From the human T2T-CHM13v2.0 reference genome, Homo sapiens: 64,000 nucleotides of DNA. Shown in pieces: positions 13,356 to 26,671 of the stretch. Position numbers and translations under genes: made by a program. Positions within the stretch are counted from its first letter, which is position 1. Each line of letters starts with the position of its first letter. The notes under the pieces were generated by a model. The model ran no database searches. It had not been told where the DNA came from and worked only from the letters and a program-made list of their open reading frames with translations. The DNA is taken from the NCBI RefSeq assembly GCF_009914755.1, contig NC_060929.1. The stretch is one strand, 5' to 3'.

Positions 13356-15604
13356 CCTCCCTTGCCAGTGAAGGTGCACCAAGAACCTGGAAGTATGCAC
13401 ATTGAACTACTCACTTGAAGGAAAAGTGAGTTGTGAGGGTGGTGAGGGTGGAACTCTGGTGAGCAGTTTTCATGGTTCATTTTATAAACTTACATATTGT
13501 TTATCTTTTCTGGAAGGCACTATTGGTTGTATAAGATAAAATTGCAAATACTGGGGAGGAAAAATAGAATCTGTAGGCAGTATTTGGCCCACACCTAGGG
13601 GGATGGTTGTAGCTTGAGCTTTTGGGGATGCAGGTAGAACACGCTGCAAAGAGGAGATGCTCTTAGTAAAGGCTCTTACTCATGTTATTTCCTTTCCACC
13701 CTGTGACTCCACTTTACAACCCAGCCTCCAAGTTCATGGACACTGGGAAACACACAAAACGCTTTGCCCAGAAAACCTACAGAGTCCATATGGCTCTGTC
13801 TAATAACCCCAAAGGATCTCTCCTTTTCCCTAAGACAAATGCCCACAAAGTGCTCCTCTTAAGTTTCGAGAGGCCTCGAACTTTAATATCAGTTTTAGGA
13901 ATTTAGGGATTATATAGGTGGAAAAAAAAAAACTCTGAAAAACATCCTAGGTTGAGATTTGGGGGAAGAGAAGAAAGAGAGATGAAAAGAAATACAATTG
14001 TGACTTGCCTAACGGTTTTGACTTTCACTGAGTTTTCTATAGACCTCAGTTTCCACATCTGTAAAATAAGGGAGATGAATTAGATTCTTTTAACAACATT
14101 AAAGCTCTAAAATTGGGCTTTGGTTTCTGGATTGACCCATCTGGGAAATTACAAATGCAGTTCAAATGGCTTAATGTTGCCTGTCTTTCGTGAATGTTAT
14201 AAGAGTTCTTATTTGAGGAGATGGACAGAGCTCTCAGAGAGTACCATCTTTCCAAAGATTGACTGAAGCTGTTATCACAGAGATTATTCCAATCAAGATG
14301 CATTCTCCTGGTCCGTTTGAATTCTGCAGCCAAGTAAAGTAATAAGACCTTGCATTTGTACAACAATTTTTTTCATTTCTAAAGTGCTATCCATTTCTGT
14401 CCTGAATTTTATACTTACATCAATACTATAATGTAGGCAAAGCAGGAATTTTAAAAATCACATTTGAACAATGGGAAATCTTGGACTTGAGTTGCTCTCA
14501 GGGAAGCAGCAATGACATACTTACTCAACAGGGTGATTTAGAGCTGACCCTGTCTCTAAGCTTAACTGTTAGAAGACTGGCTATGTGACTTTGGGCAAGT
14601 TGCTTAGGCTCCTGGAGTCTCAATTTCCTTATCTGTTCACTGGGGATAAATATTCACCTGCAAGATTACCTGAGATGATGTATAAGCTAGGTCATCAAAA
14701 GCTAGGTTTGCCTGCCAGCATTCATCTTGTATGAGATGGAGACAAGCGATTGGTTTTGAAGAGATATATGGGAGGTAAATACAACTAAAGAGAATTTGGA
14801 GATGATAATGACAGATAAAGAGCTGTTACAGATGGCCCCTTTATTTCTGATGGCACCACTCTCTGAGAGAGTGGACACTGGAGGGGGTCTGGGACAGGCT
14901 TGATACAGAAGGGAAGAAGTTTGAGTTTGGCTCTGGACAGGCTGATTTTCAACACCTTTGATATATTTAAACGGAGATTTCTAAAGGGCAGACATCAGGG
15001 CTATGGATGCTGGATTTGCTAGTTTCTTTCCTTGCTTGCTTGTTTTTAACACTTGCTCTAATATGTTTGAAATGTCTCAGTGAAATTAGAGCAGTGTATT
15101 AGGATGTTGCCCTGAGTGAATCTTGAGGCTAGATAGTCACCTAACACATCATTTTGGAGTCCAGTATTTCCCAAAGCAGTCAGAGAGTACTATTCACTGA
15201 CATGTTAACTGCAAGAAAAAAATTCATAGTACAATATTTTCAAGATATGCAGTACATCTGCCTTCCATCTCCCCTTCCCCAAGATTGACAGGAACATATT
15301 AAAAGCATTCAGAAGTGTGGTCCTAAGGCAAGCTTGTTTAATTTTAAACTCAAAGTCTATCTACCTTATTAGACCAAAGAACCCCCCTTCTTCCCCCCAT
15401 GTCTTTCTAATTGATAGCCTGTAGATCTGGTTTTGTGGAATAGATTTCAAAGTGTTTTTATGCATCCAAGGAGGAAACAGAGGCTTTGAGAAGGTCTATG
15501 CCTTGCCTGAAGTTCCTCAGTATCTCATCAGACCAGAACCCAGTGTTCCTAACTACTGTCCTGGATTCTACCTGCCTCCTGTCCTGCCTGAAGTATACGC
15601 TTCT

Positions 15605-15809
15605 GCAAGCAAGCAAACAAGCAAGCAAAGAAAGAAAAGAAAGAGAAGGAAGGAGGGAAGGAAGGAAGGAAGGAAGGAAGGAAGGAAGGAAGGAAGGAAG
15701 GAAGGAAGGAAAGAAAGAAAGAAAGAAAGAAAGAAAGAGAAAGAGAGAGAGAAAGAGGGAGAGAGAAAGAGAGGAGAGAAGGAGAGAAGGAGAGAAAGAA
15801 AGAAAGAAG

Positions 15810-15840
<31 letters not shown>

Positions 15841-15880
15841 AAAAGAAAGAAAGAAAGAAAGAAAGAGAAAGAAAGAGAAG
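15605..15880. repeat. Compound purine microsatellite (AAGC/AAGG/AAAG/AG)
   Basis: About 275 bp, nearly pure A/G; explains the five overlapping low-complexity ORFs. Confidence 0.98.
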
Positions 15881-18800
15881 CTGGACAACAGTCAAATCCA
15901 GTACTCATTCTTCACCAGGCATTGCAATGCACCTCCTCAAATTGCCCTCCCTTGTTGCCTGCTTAACTGATCCAGAAAACAACCCAATTCATATTTTATA
16001 ACATAAGTTTACACCCTTGTCACACCTATTATTGGAGGTTATCAAATCATTCTACCAACTTTAATGAATTCTTACAATGCTCCTACAGAAGAGATTAAGA
16101 GAACATTTTACTACTGTGACTCTCTGGGGACATTTTAATGAGGATATTGATAACCTCTTGCTACACAAATCTTCAAGTGAATTCTCATGTAAGAAAATAA
16201 CTTGTTTGGTTCTGCTATTACTCTATATACTCATATATTCAAAAGGCCCCATCCATTCCAACCAAAAAGTCCTTTATTTCTGTAGCATCTTACCATTTAA
16301 AAAGCTCCTACATGTCCATTACTAACTCTTTCCTGACACAACCCTAGAAGTATGCAGAGGTGGATGGTCACCCTTAGTTTACAAAGAAGGGGATTAGCAT
16401 CTAGCAAAACTAGTGTCCTTCCCAAAGACCCAGCAAGAGTCAGAATTCATATCCAGATGTCATTCATTCCTACTAGTCCCAAGCTCTATGCTAAGTGTGG
16501 GAAAGTACACTAGAAAACTAAATAAATATGATGTCTGCTGTCTTGGGCTTAGACAGAGCTCAGTAAAGGGGACAGAAAATAGAAAATAAAATAAATTATG
16601 ACAGTTTCTGAAAACTGCCTTGAAGGAAGCAAATAGAAGAAATATTTTTCCCACAGATATTCAGAAGTATTACTCCCTAACTTCGTTCAGGTGTCTACTC
16701 AAATCACTTCAGAGCCAAGGCGACCATGTTATCCAACAGAGCACTAGTAAGAACTGAAGCGTATTTTGTTTGGCAGGAAAAAGAGGGCCCCAAAAGGATA
16801 GGATGGGGACCTAAAGCCATCATAGATAAATTATAAGATCTTGACTCTTTTTCTAGACTATTCTTTCCAGATCCCAAATTGTCTCAGGACAGCACATGAT
16901 TTGAGATAGAAAAAAAGAGAAAGAGACTAACCAAAGGTCCTGTCTGTGGCTAATTTTTTCTCCAAAAAAAGATGTGTGTCTTCATGTCAGTATGGAGAGC
17001 CCAAGCATCACAGAAAGAGTAGAAACACAACCTCTTTAGAGGACTCTAAAGGCAAGTAAATTGCATCATCTTCCCAAACTGTAACCTTTTCAATTTCAGT
17101 ATCTGGAAATACCCTGGGCCGCAGTCCTGACACCACTCTCATTTGTTGCATCACCATAGCAACTTTTAGGGGCTGCATCCTCAATCACATGGCAAACTAA
17201 TTGAACTGTACAACTTATTTTGCAGCTGGGAAATGTAAAAATGAATCTTACATTTAATCATACTTGCTGCATTGACATTCAAATCAAAAGGCTTTGTTAG
17301 GGCTCCTGGAAAATGAAGTGTCATTTTGCCATCACAATGTTTCACTCAGAGGCACATCCTTCCCACTTTGAAGTGCTAAGTGAATGGTAAAGAGAAAAGC
17401 TTTTTGGTTTAGGAGTGGGGAAGGGTGGGGAGGGGGAAAGGAAAGAACAAAATCTGGATGAATTACAGGAAAATGAATAAATGTCATTAAATCAAATTTG
17501 AGTTCATTGCAAATGCTGTACAAAATACTTGTCCTGTGATTTTTCTTTTCTTTTTTTTTTTTTTAAAGAGGCAGCAACATTTATGGAAAGAACTTTCGAA
17601 TCACAGACCTACTCTGTACTCCCTAGCTCTGAGACCTCAGTCAAGTCAACTAACTCCTGATAACTTGAATTTCCTTGCATGTAAATTTGAACTAAATTAA
17701 TACTCACCTGACAGGTATTTCTAAGGTAAGTGAAGTACATATAAGCATTTGTAAAACATATAGCATAGTATCTGACACAAAGTAGACACTTATTGTCATT
17801 TTCCTTCCAAAGCTTGGACCATAATATTTGGCTAATCATGTGCCAGCACTGAACACAGCAGACAGTGTATTGGGTATGTTATGTGCTTGGCTTCATGTAA
17901 CCGTAAAACCAGCTCTAGGACATAGGTATTGTTATCCCCACTTTGCAGACAGAAGACACTGAGGTTTAGAGAGGTTGATAATGATTAAAAACTATCCAAA
18001 ACCTGGGAATTGAGAGAAAGGGACAATCACACATCCTTTCAGTACTGGAGCTCTAATGGGCTCACCCAAGGTTTATCTGATTCTTAAGGGGAATGGACTT
18101 CATCTGGCTTCTAATTAATTAGGCCCGGATTATTTCATGCAAGATGTTAATTTGTAAATGATAAATAAGTCACAAATGAGTTCTGCCTGGTAGAGAGCAA
18201 ATGATTTCTGTCTAGTAGAAAAGATAACCCCAGAAGCTATGGTTTCAATTGGCCTGTAGGACATTAACTACCTTTGTATATAACTTAGCCATCTTATTTC
18301 CATGTGTGTGTTTTGTTTTTTTTTCTTCAGTGACTCCATACACACCTCTGGGATCCTTCTTTGAGCTTGATCGTCCTTCCGGTTACTTCATTAATGAGAT
18401 AATCTCTGATGTGTGTTCACTCTATATTTGTATGAAAGTCATGGCTTTTTAAATTTTTGTTTTTATTTTTGAAAATTACACTTGGATAGTAATTTGTACA
18501 AGGATCATCAAGCTCAGAAGGAGTACAACATAATTTGTCTGGCTTTCCTCAAGGAGCACCAAGAAAGACAGCCAACTGTGCCTTGATTTAACATAGTATG
18601 CACTGCAGTCTTGAGGTATTGGTAAAGTTAAGTTATACAAGCTCTAAGGAGGAATACTTCTGTTTCTTATTTTCAGGGGGTAAGAACAGTGGAAGATGTC
18701 ACAAGAGAGGAGACATTTAAGGCAGCATTAAGTAATGAGCAGATTTCTCTGATTCTCATCATATGTGGAAGAATAATCTCCAAAAGTTATTAAGTATTAA

Positions 18801-19910
18801 GAAAAAAATAGGAAGGGTAATAACAATAGCAGTGGTAATGATGCTTAATTGTTTTATAACTCTCACCTCACTGATGCTTTACAAAGCCTCTATGAGGTAG
18901 GCTATTTCCATTTTCAGATGAAACGGAGGCACAAAAGAGCTTAAGTGGCTTCTCCAAGGACACCAGACAGGCCAGTACAGAGCTGGATGTTGAGTCAGTG
19001 CCCCTGTCCTGGGCCCATGTTCCTCTGTGCCTCTCCTGCCTCTGTCTTAATATGTTCACTAAGATTTCTAGCCCTTGGTCTTGGGGGACATACAATCTCA
19101 GGCTTAGTCCTTTGGCTTCAGGCAGGATAGAAATTTTTATTCCTGCTTGACATATGAGGAGCCCTTGGAAGCTTGAAATGTGTAAATGACTTGTCAGCTA
19201 GGAAGAGGTTGAAAGAGGAGACTTTGAGATGAAAGTCTTTCCTTTTAAGACACTACATTGTTCTTTTTTCTGGCTAGGCTATTGCTGGCTTGCTTTCTAA
19301 CCCTTCTTAGCTGTCCATCTGTACCTGGTCATGGTGCTATGTGGAGAGAAGGATAAATGGTCTTTCCCGTGTCATCCCTCATGAGGAGATATGATGCAAC
19401 ACAAGGCTGTGTGTCACCAGTGCAAAATGATAGAGGGTAACTGGAAGAGAGAGGGCAAGAGAAACTGTAGGATTTAGCCTCACAGTGGACAATCAATATT
19501 TTCATTCTTCTGGCTTTACGAAGATGATTTCTGTCTTACTTATCTATTAGCTACCCTCACAGCATCACTTCTGAAAGTCCTCCTTGGGTCTCTATAGTTC
19601 TATCTTTGCAGAAGAAGATGAGAAGAGGGCTGGGTCATCCATCCTGGCACAGGATGAGGTGATGGAGTGAGTACTGGGTTAACAATCAAGAGACCAGATG
19701 TCTAGTCCTAGCTCTGCCTCTGAGTTGCTATGTGACCTTGGCTGACCCTGTGTGACCCTGTGCTATGTGACCCTGTGCCTCTCTTTTCTCATTTATGCAC
19801 TAAGCAGGTTGGACTGGCATGCTATGATTCAGGAAATGTATTTTTGCAGTCAGTGACAGAAGAAAATGTTAACAGTGAGGAGACTCAGTGATGAGGAACC
19901 CCACACACCC

Positions 19911-19913
<3 letters not shown>

Positions 19914-19948
<35 letters not shown>
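19914..19948. repeat. (CA)n microsatellite
   Basis: Direct reading. Confidence 0.98.
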
Positions 19949-19950
<2 letters not shown>

Positions 19951-20689
19951 AGAGGAGGCAACCACGTGGCATGGAAGGAGCTGTCAAACCTCTTCTAACT
20001 TGGGACAGAGGTGTAGCCTGCTATAAACAGAAAGAGCATTCGAAAAACAGATGGATGGGAAGGCCCAAGTGAGAAGATCCTGAGCAAACGGGCTCTGTGC
20101 TGATATGTTATATTCAGATGTCACCAGTAAAAAGGCACAGGGAATGAGCAATTGCTTCATGATGAAACCATTCTTGCCAACTTTGCACACCCAAAGTGAA
20201 GGACTGGGAGAAGAGGGTCCAATTCAAGACGTACTGCATCTCTCTGAGCCCCTCCTGATACCCCTTTGCCCTGACATTCCTCTCTACCCTTTCCCTCCTG
20301 CCATAGGGAATTGGAAGATAGGAGTCTGGGCCTAGACCTGGTCCTGCCAGGAATTAACTGGGTGGCTAAGCAAAGCCTGTTCTTTCTTTGGGTCTCAGTT
20401 TGCTTCTCTGTAAATGAGAGGTGAGATAAATAATGACTTGTCGCTATAGAACATTTATGTGTCAGACAACATGTTGTCTCTTGTGACACTTAGAAGTTCC
20501 TAAGAGATGCTTTCATCCTCTTGACAGATGAGAAAATTGACACCCAAGTTAAGTGATTTGCACATGGTCAGACACCTAGGAAGTGGTTTTCTGACTGCCG
20601 GGTCTGTACTTTCTCCTAAGGTGGAGACACAAGTTACCTACCTCCCTCTACCCCACCTCCTCACTTCCCCCTGATGAGAGACATTACCA

Positions 20690-21375
20690 ATCCATCCCAG
20701 CCCTCTGATTCTGACTTCAGAAAGACCATAGTTGATTAACCTCTCCCTTTCATCCCTCTACAGTCTATTCCCACCACAGAAGCTAAAGTGATCTTTCCTA
20801 CATTTAGATTATACCATTCCCCAGATTAAGTCCTCTAATGGTTTCCCAACTCACTCGTATAAATACAAATCGTTACTATTGTCTTCAAATCCCTATATGG
20901 TCTGGATTCTTGCCATTTTTCCAACTTCATTTCTTCTCTTTCTTTTGATTATTCTATTCCAGCCACTCTGGTCTTTTTGCTTTGCCAGAACACTAAACTC
21001 AGCTTGCACCAGCCTCGAGACCTTTGCACTTGCTATTTTCTCTGCCTGGAAAGCTTTTCTCCCAGACATTTAAGTAGCACCTCCTTTCATTCAGATCCTA
21101 TTCAAATAACCTATTCTCAATCCTGCAATAGGTGTTGCTGACCACATATCTAAAGTGATGACTTTCTCCCCTCCTATTGGTCTATTTTTACTCTATTTTT
21201 CCTTGTTAAATATTTATCACTGAGTGAAACCAAAGTATCCATCTGTTTATTTATTTCTTTATCTCTCTTTCCTGTAATAGGTTCTGTTTGATCAAGGACT
21301 TTCTTATCGCTGTGTCCTCAGCCCTCCAGCAGTCCCCTCCACCTCAGAGGAATCCAATAAAAGTGTTGAATTAAT
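20690..21375 (+). mobile_element. L2 LINE 3' region
   Basis: CTTTGCACTTGCTATTTTCTCTGCCTGGAA and terminus CAATAAAAGTGTTGAATTAATG. Confidence 0.7.
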
Positions 21376-21664
21376 GAGAATTCATCATTATACCTTTTCC
21401 TTGTTAAACACAGTCATTTATAGTGGGGTTTCACTGCAATAATTTGATTCACTCAACAATAAAAGTGATAGTAACAGGAGATAGGGCTCTGACAGCCATC
21501 TTGGGAAAAAAGGCACATTTGGATGTCTAGTTCTGGGCGAATGAAGGAAGTCTTCTGACTCAAGGGTCTGTGTCACTGGTTGGGAAAAGAACATTAAACT
21601 CTAACACTAAACTCTAGCATAAGGCCTCAGGCTGACCTATTTGGCCTTTCAAAGTAATGGGTTA

Positions 21665-21998
<334 letters not shown>

Positions 21999-24900
21999 CT
22001 ACAGTTATTGTGCAGTTTACATGCATCATCAACACTCAACCACCAAACTGCTGGAGAAACGATATTTTGATTGAATTGGCTATTTTTGTTAATAAAACAT
22101 AAAACCCTTCAACATTTTTGCTTCTTCAAAACACTGTCTAAAGCATTCAGATGCAACATCCTGTACTTTCCTGCCCCAGGGCATGTCCTGTGAGCCCCAA
22201 GAGTCCTTGTGTCTAAGATTAGAAATGCTGATATTAGGGATCCCCAAAAGATAGTCCATCTTGAATAACTAATAAGTCTATGATCATTTCCTGCAAATAA
22301 ATGTAGAATTGGAGAAAGTAAGAGAGAGTGGGCTGCCTTCCAGTCCCTTCGTAAAGTTTCCTTAAAGCTAAGCTAAATTCACAGGGTCACCTTGATTTCT
22401 TGAATTTGCTGTCTCTTTCCCTAAAAACTTAGGAGTGGGTTCTAACTGATAATATTAGCTCATTCTATGTATATTACAAATTAATTGATAAATTCATGAG
22501 AATTAGGTTTAATAGTACCCATCCAGTTGTCAGAATCATTTTCTTTTCTCATGGTACTGTATAGCCTGACTCTAGAGGGTGTGTATCACACTCTGATGCA
22601 CCCTGCATGCATATCCATCACTGGAAGAAAACTCCTAAACACAGGACTTTATCTTGCTCATGTCACCACTGGTCTTAACACTAGACCTGGCACAAAGCAG
22701 GTGCTAGATCAATATTCATTTAATGGATGAATAAATAAGGCAAAAGAGTTGAGTAACCCAATTCAACTTTCTTCTCCTCCTACTTGGATGAGTGTTGTGT
22801 TTTCCTAACATAAAACTTCTCATCTCCACATTGGTGCTTAACAGTCAAAACCTTACTGTGAGGGGAAGCAAAGAGGATTAGTTCTTTTCACAAACAGCAC
22901 AATGGAAGCTCACAATGATTTTATGATTTTTCTGAATTCCTTAAGCCAAGGTGCATCAGAGTAGAGCCTGGCACACAAGCCTGCTGGCTGCCCAGCCCAG
23001 CCCCATAAATGGGATGTGGGTCTTGACTGGACAAGCAGGCAGGAGTGCTGTCAGCCCTAAATTGGGGGCATTTACTACCACATGAGACAGGTTTACAGCC
23101 CAATTCCTGAGAATACACGGGCCCTGCTGCTCTTGTCCTTTTGCCTCTCCTTTTCATCTCTTTACTGTTCCTTATGCCACTAGGGTTTTCCAGAGTCTGG
23201 GAATCTTTGACACTAAAGCACCTTATAAAATCTTACACAGTAACAATACCAAATATCCATTTGTTGGGCCCCAATGGTGTACCAAGGTGCATAGCATGGG
23301 GCTCAGGCTCTGGAGTCAGATAGTCTAAGTTCAAATCTCAACTCTGCCATGTATCTGGGTACCTCAATTTCCTCATCTGTAAAGTGGGAATGCTGATAGT
23401 CCCTGCTTCATAGGGTAGTCAGGAGGATGAAATGAGGTAGTGCATGTAAAGACATGTAGAACTGTGCCTGACATGTGCCCATACCTTCATTTTATCCTCA
23501 CAATCACCCTAGGAAGTAGATTATAATTATCCTATTTTATAGATGAGGCTTAGAAACATTAAGCAACTATTTCAACAGGGCTTTCTCAGCTGACCAGTGG
23601 TAGAAGTAATATATTCAACTGCAGGGCTATGTGACCCCAAAGCCCTGGCCTTTATCCACAGTGCTATCCACACAGCTACGCACCTGCATATGCTGCTTCT
23701 CAAAGGGCACTGGCATCTCAAAAGAGCATGCTGTAGAGCAGGCTGAAGCCAAAGAGTTCAATTCTCAAGGTGAATTCACAGGTCAATGTCACCAGATGGA
23801 GCAAAACTTTTTAGGAGAAGGAAGAAAGTGTCCTTTCAGGCTTTTCCAGAGCGAGGAGAGAGTGTCCTTTCCACCTATTAGAGGCAGCCTGCTGACACCC
23901 CTTCCAGGCTCACCTGAGGTGCACCAGCATTTGCTAATACCTGCTTTCCCCAGACCTTTATCCTATTCACCCACAGTTCTTTCCAATTAGATGACTAACA
24001 GGCTTGCTCCTTTACTTAAAAGGGAAGCTTCATTGTAAAACTCACTAAGGTGAAGGCAATTTCCTGGGGTTGTTAGCATGCTCTCCTCAGGACCAACTCC
24101 CTGCAAGCCTGAAGAAATGAGAGCTTGGATTATTTCAGCAGCTTCGATTATTCCTGAGGGAACTGGCTACCCCCATCGTCCCCCGCTCTTCACTACCTTA
24201 CAGGGTACTCTCTTTCCTGGAGGGAGATTGGTAATTCCCTTTGGAAACACTGAGCAGTCTTCTAGAGGGCCTGTCTAGGGAAGTGATGAAATATCACATG
24301 CAGTGTGCACTAGAAGCCTTGTAAAGTCAATGAACTCAATTTTGTTCACTTTAAAGTGAAATGAACTTGCCTTAACACACTGAAGCAGACAAATCCATCC
24401 TTCATAGCAGAGAAGGGAACATGAGTGGAACTGTAACCAGGAGACAGGAATGGCAGATTTGTGGCCAGGAATTTCTCCCTAGTTTGTGCTCAGGAAAGCA
24501 GAAGTTTGGGATCATGGAAGGGGCAGCAGGCTAAGTGCCAGGTGAAACTCATCCCTCAGGACCTTCCCTAAGGCTAGCATCAGATCCATTCCTATCTTCC
24601 TTTTCCAGTCCTATCTCCACACTCTCTCCTTCAACCCTCAAGCATTCCAGCACACTCTCTGAATTCCAAATCAATGTCAGAATCTTACCACTTCTGGCCC
24701 TTTATCCTTCCTCTCAATTCCCACTTCTCCCAGATGTCTGATCTCACAGGCTCTTGCTTTAAGAGCCTGTTTCTCTCCTCCAAGCTAGAAGGGATCATCT
24801 TCTCATCCTCCAGACTCAGAAGAGCAATTTATCTTTACTACTCTTGGTGCTCTCATTACTGTCTATCTTGTAGGTGAAGGAACAGCCCCAAGGTCATATA

Positions 24901-25698
24901 GCAATTCAAGGCCAGGTCTCTTGACTTTCTCTCCTGTGATCTTTGTACTGCTTCATACTTCTCCTCAAATTTGGGAAGGCAAAATCTGAAGTCAGAATAG
25001 GAGCAAAAGGAGGCAGCTTTGTTTCTTACATTTGTTGCCAGAGAGGCTGCAAAAAGGCGGTTACCTAAGCCACAGAGGCCTTGATTTAGCAGTGAAGACC
25101 ACAGGGAGTCACTCAGAATGGTTTATTTGTGCACATAGGTGGAGCTCCTTTGTCTACCTCTGACAGCAAGGTATCCCTGACTCCCATTCCCCTGGGAGCA
25201 TCTATGAGGATGCACATATCTCATTGAAAATCTAAGGAGATAAAGTTTTATATGCTAGAATTGCTCCTAGGGACAGAGACAGAGAGTAAGAGGTAGAAAG
25301 AGAGATTAACACCCCATCCACAAGACAGGCCATCCTGGACTGCCTGTGATGTGGGAAATTGGTCAAGATGAGAGTTTATGAATTTCGATCAGAAAATTTA
25401 AATGTAGGAATAGAATTTAAAAAGGTATTGATTTTTTGGCATGGAGGGATTGGAAATAATATTTTGCTAAGAGGCTTGAGGCTAAGGGTTTGATGCCCAA
25501 AGATCATGTTTGGCCAGCAAGAGAAGTTTCCTAAATTGTCTCAAGGGGCACAGCTGTCTGCCTTGCAGCCAGCTATTTTCTTGTTATTCCTCTCTAAAGG
25601 AGTCCTGATTATTTTCAGATGTCAACCTTTCCCTCATTTGAACCAGGAAAGGCTCACCCATCCACTACCTCCAGAACGGCATCCTAACTAGTCTAAGC

Positions 25699-26291
25699 CA
25701 GGAGTCAGCAAACTAAAGCCCATGGACAAAACATGGCCAGCCACTGCTGCCTGTAAGCTAAGAGTGGTTTTTACATTTTCAAATGACTAGTAAAATAAAC
25801 CAAAAGAAGGATAGTGTGTGTTGACACATAAAAATTATACAAAATTCTAATTTCTGTGGCCATGTTTTTTAACAGCTTTATTCAGATATAATTCACATAC
25901 TGTACAATTCACCCATTTAAAGTATACAATTAAATGGCTTTCAATATATTCACAGGGCTATACAATTATCACCACAATCAATTTTAGAACATTTTCACTA
26001 CCCCCAAAAGAAACCTCATGCCCTTAAGCCATCACCCCTCAATCCCCCTAGTACCTCAAGCTCTAGATAGTCAATAATCTATTTTCAGTCTTTGTAGATT
26101 TATCTGTTCTGGACACTTTATATACATAAATAAAGTTTTATTGGAACACATCCACGCTCATTTACATTTTGTCTATAGCTGCTTCTGCACTAGAACGACA
26201 GAGTTGAATTGTTGTGACAGAAACCATATGTCTCACAAAGCCTAAATTATTTACTATCTCCTTCTTTACAGGGAAAGTTTGCAGATCCCTG
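25699..26291 (+). mobile_element. MER58B hAT-Charlie element with nested L1MB
   Basis: TIRs CAGGAGTCAGCAAACT / AGTTTGCAGATCCCTG; perfect 8-bp TSD GTCTAAGC at 25691-25698 and 26292-26299. Confidence 0.9.
25864..26125 (-). mobile_element. L1MB 3' end nested in MER58B
   Basis: TTTTAACAGCTTTATTCAGATATAATTCACATACTGTACAATTCACCCATTTAAAGTATACAATT. Confidence 0.85.
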
Positions 26292-26329
26292 GTCTAAGCC
26301 AATTAGAGTCTGGCATTCCTTTAGAATCT

Positions 26330-26671
26330 GTTTTTGGGCCAGGGATGAGTATTTGAGCTTTGTTGACCCCATCAGACATGAAGAAAAAAATTTCCTCTTC
26401 ACATGAAATAGGTTTCTTTTTCCTGAGCTTTGCAGGGTGTGACTCAGCTGCTATTGGAAGACATCTAGGCACTGTGAGTGGACAGCCTGATGACAGCAGT
26501 GAAGATGACAGAGCCAATAAAGAGAAAGCAGTTCAGTGCTGGATTACTGAATCAGCCAATCCTGAAATCCATGTACCTCTGGATTTCCTGTCACATGAAA
26601 TATCCTCATTATTTAAGACAACATGATGTAGAGTTTCTGTTACCTATAGCCAAAAGCAGTCTACCAGATAC
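26330..26671 (+). mobile_element. Old MaLR LTR (MLT1J/K-like)
   Basis: MLT1-type 3' end TTATTTAAGAC...GTTTCTGTTACCTATAGCCAAAAGCAGTCTACCAGATACA. Confidence 0.6.

Noticed and set aside
15452-16001. Five overlapping 106-172 aa ORFs
   Set aside because: Translations of the stop-free purine microsatellite.
18661-18685. TTTCAG|GGG|GTAAGA as a 3-nt microexon
   Set aside because: No host gene identified and no upstream UGC element; such matches arise by chance.
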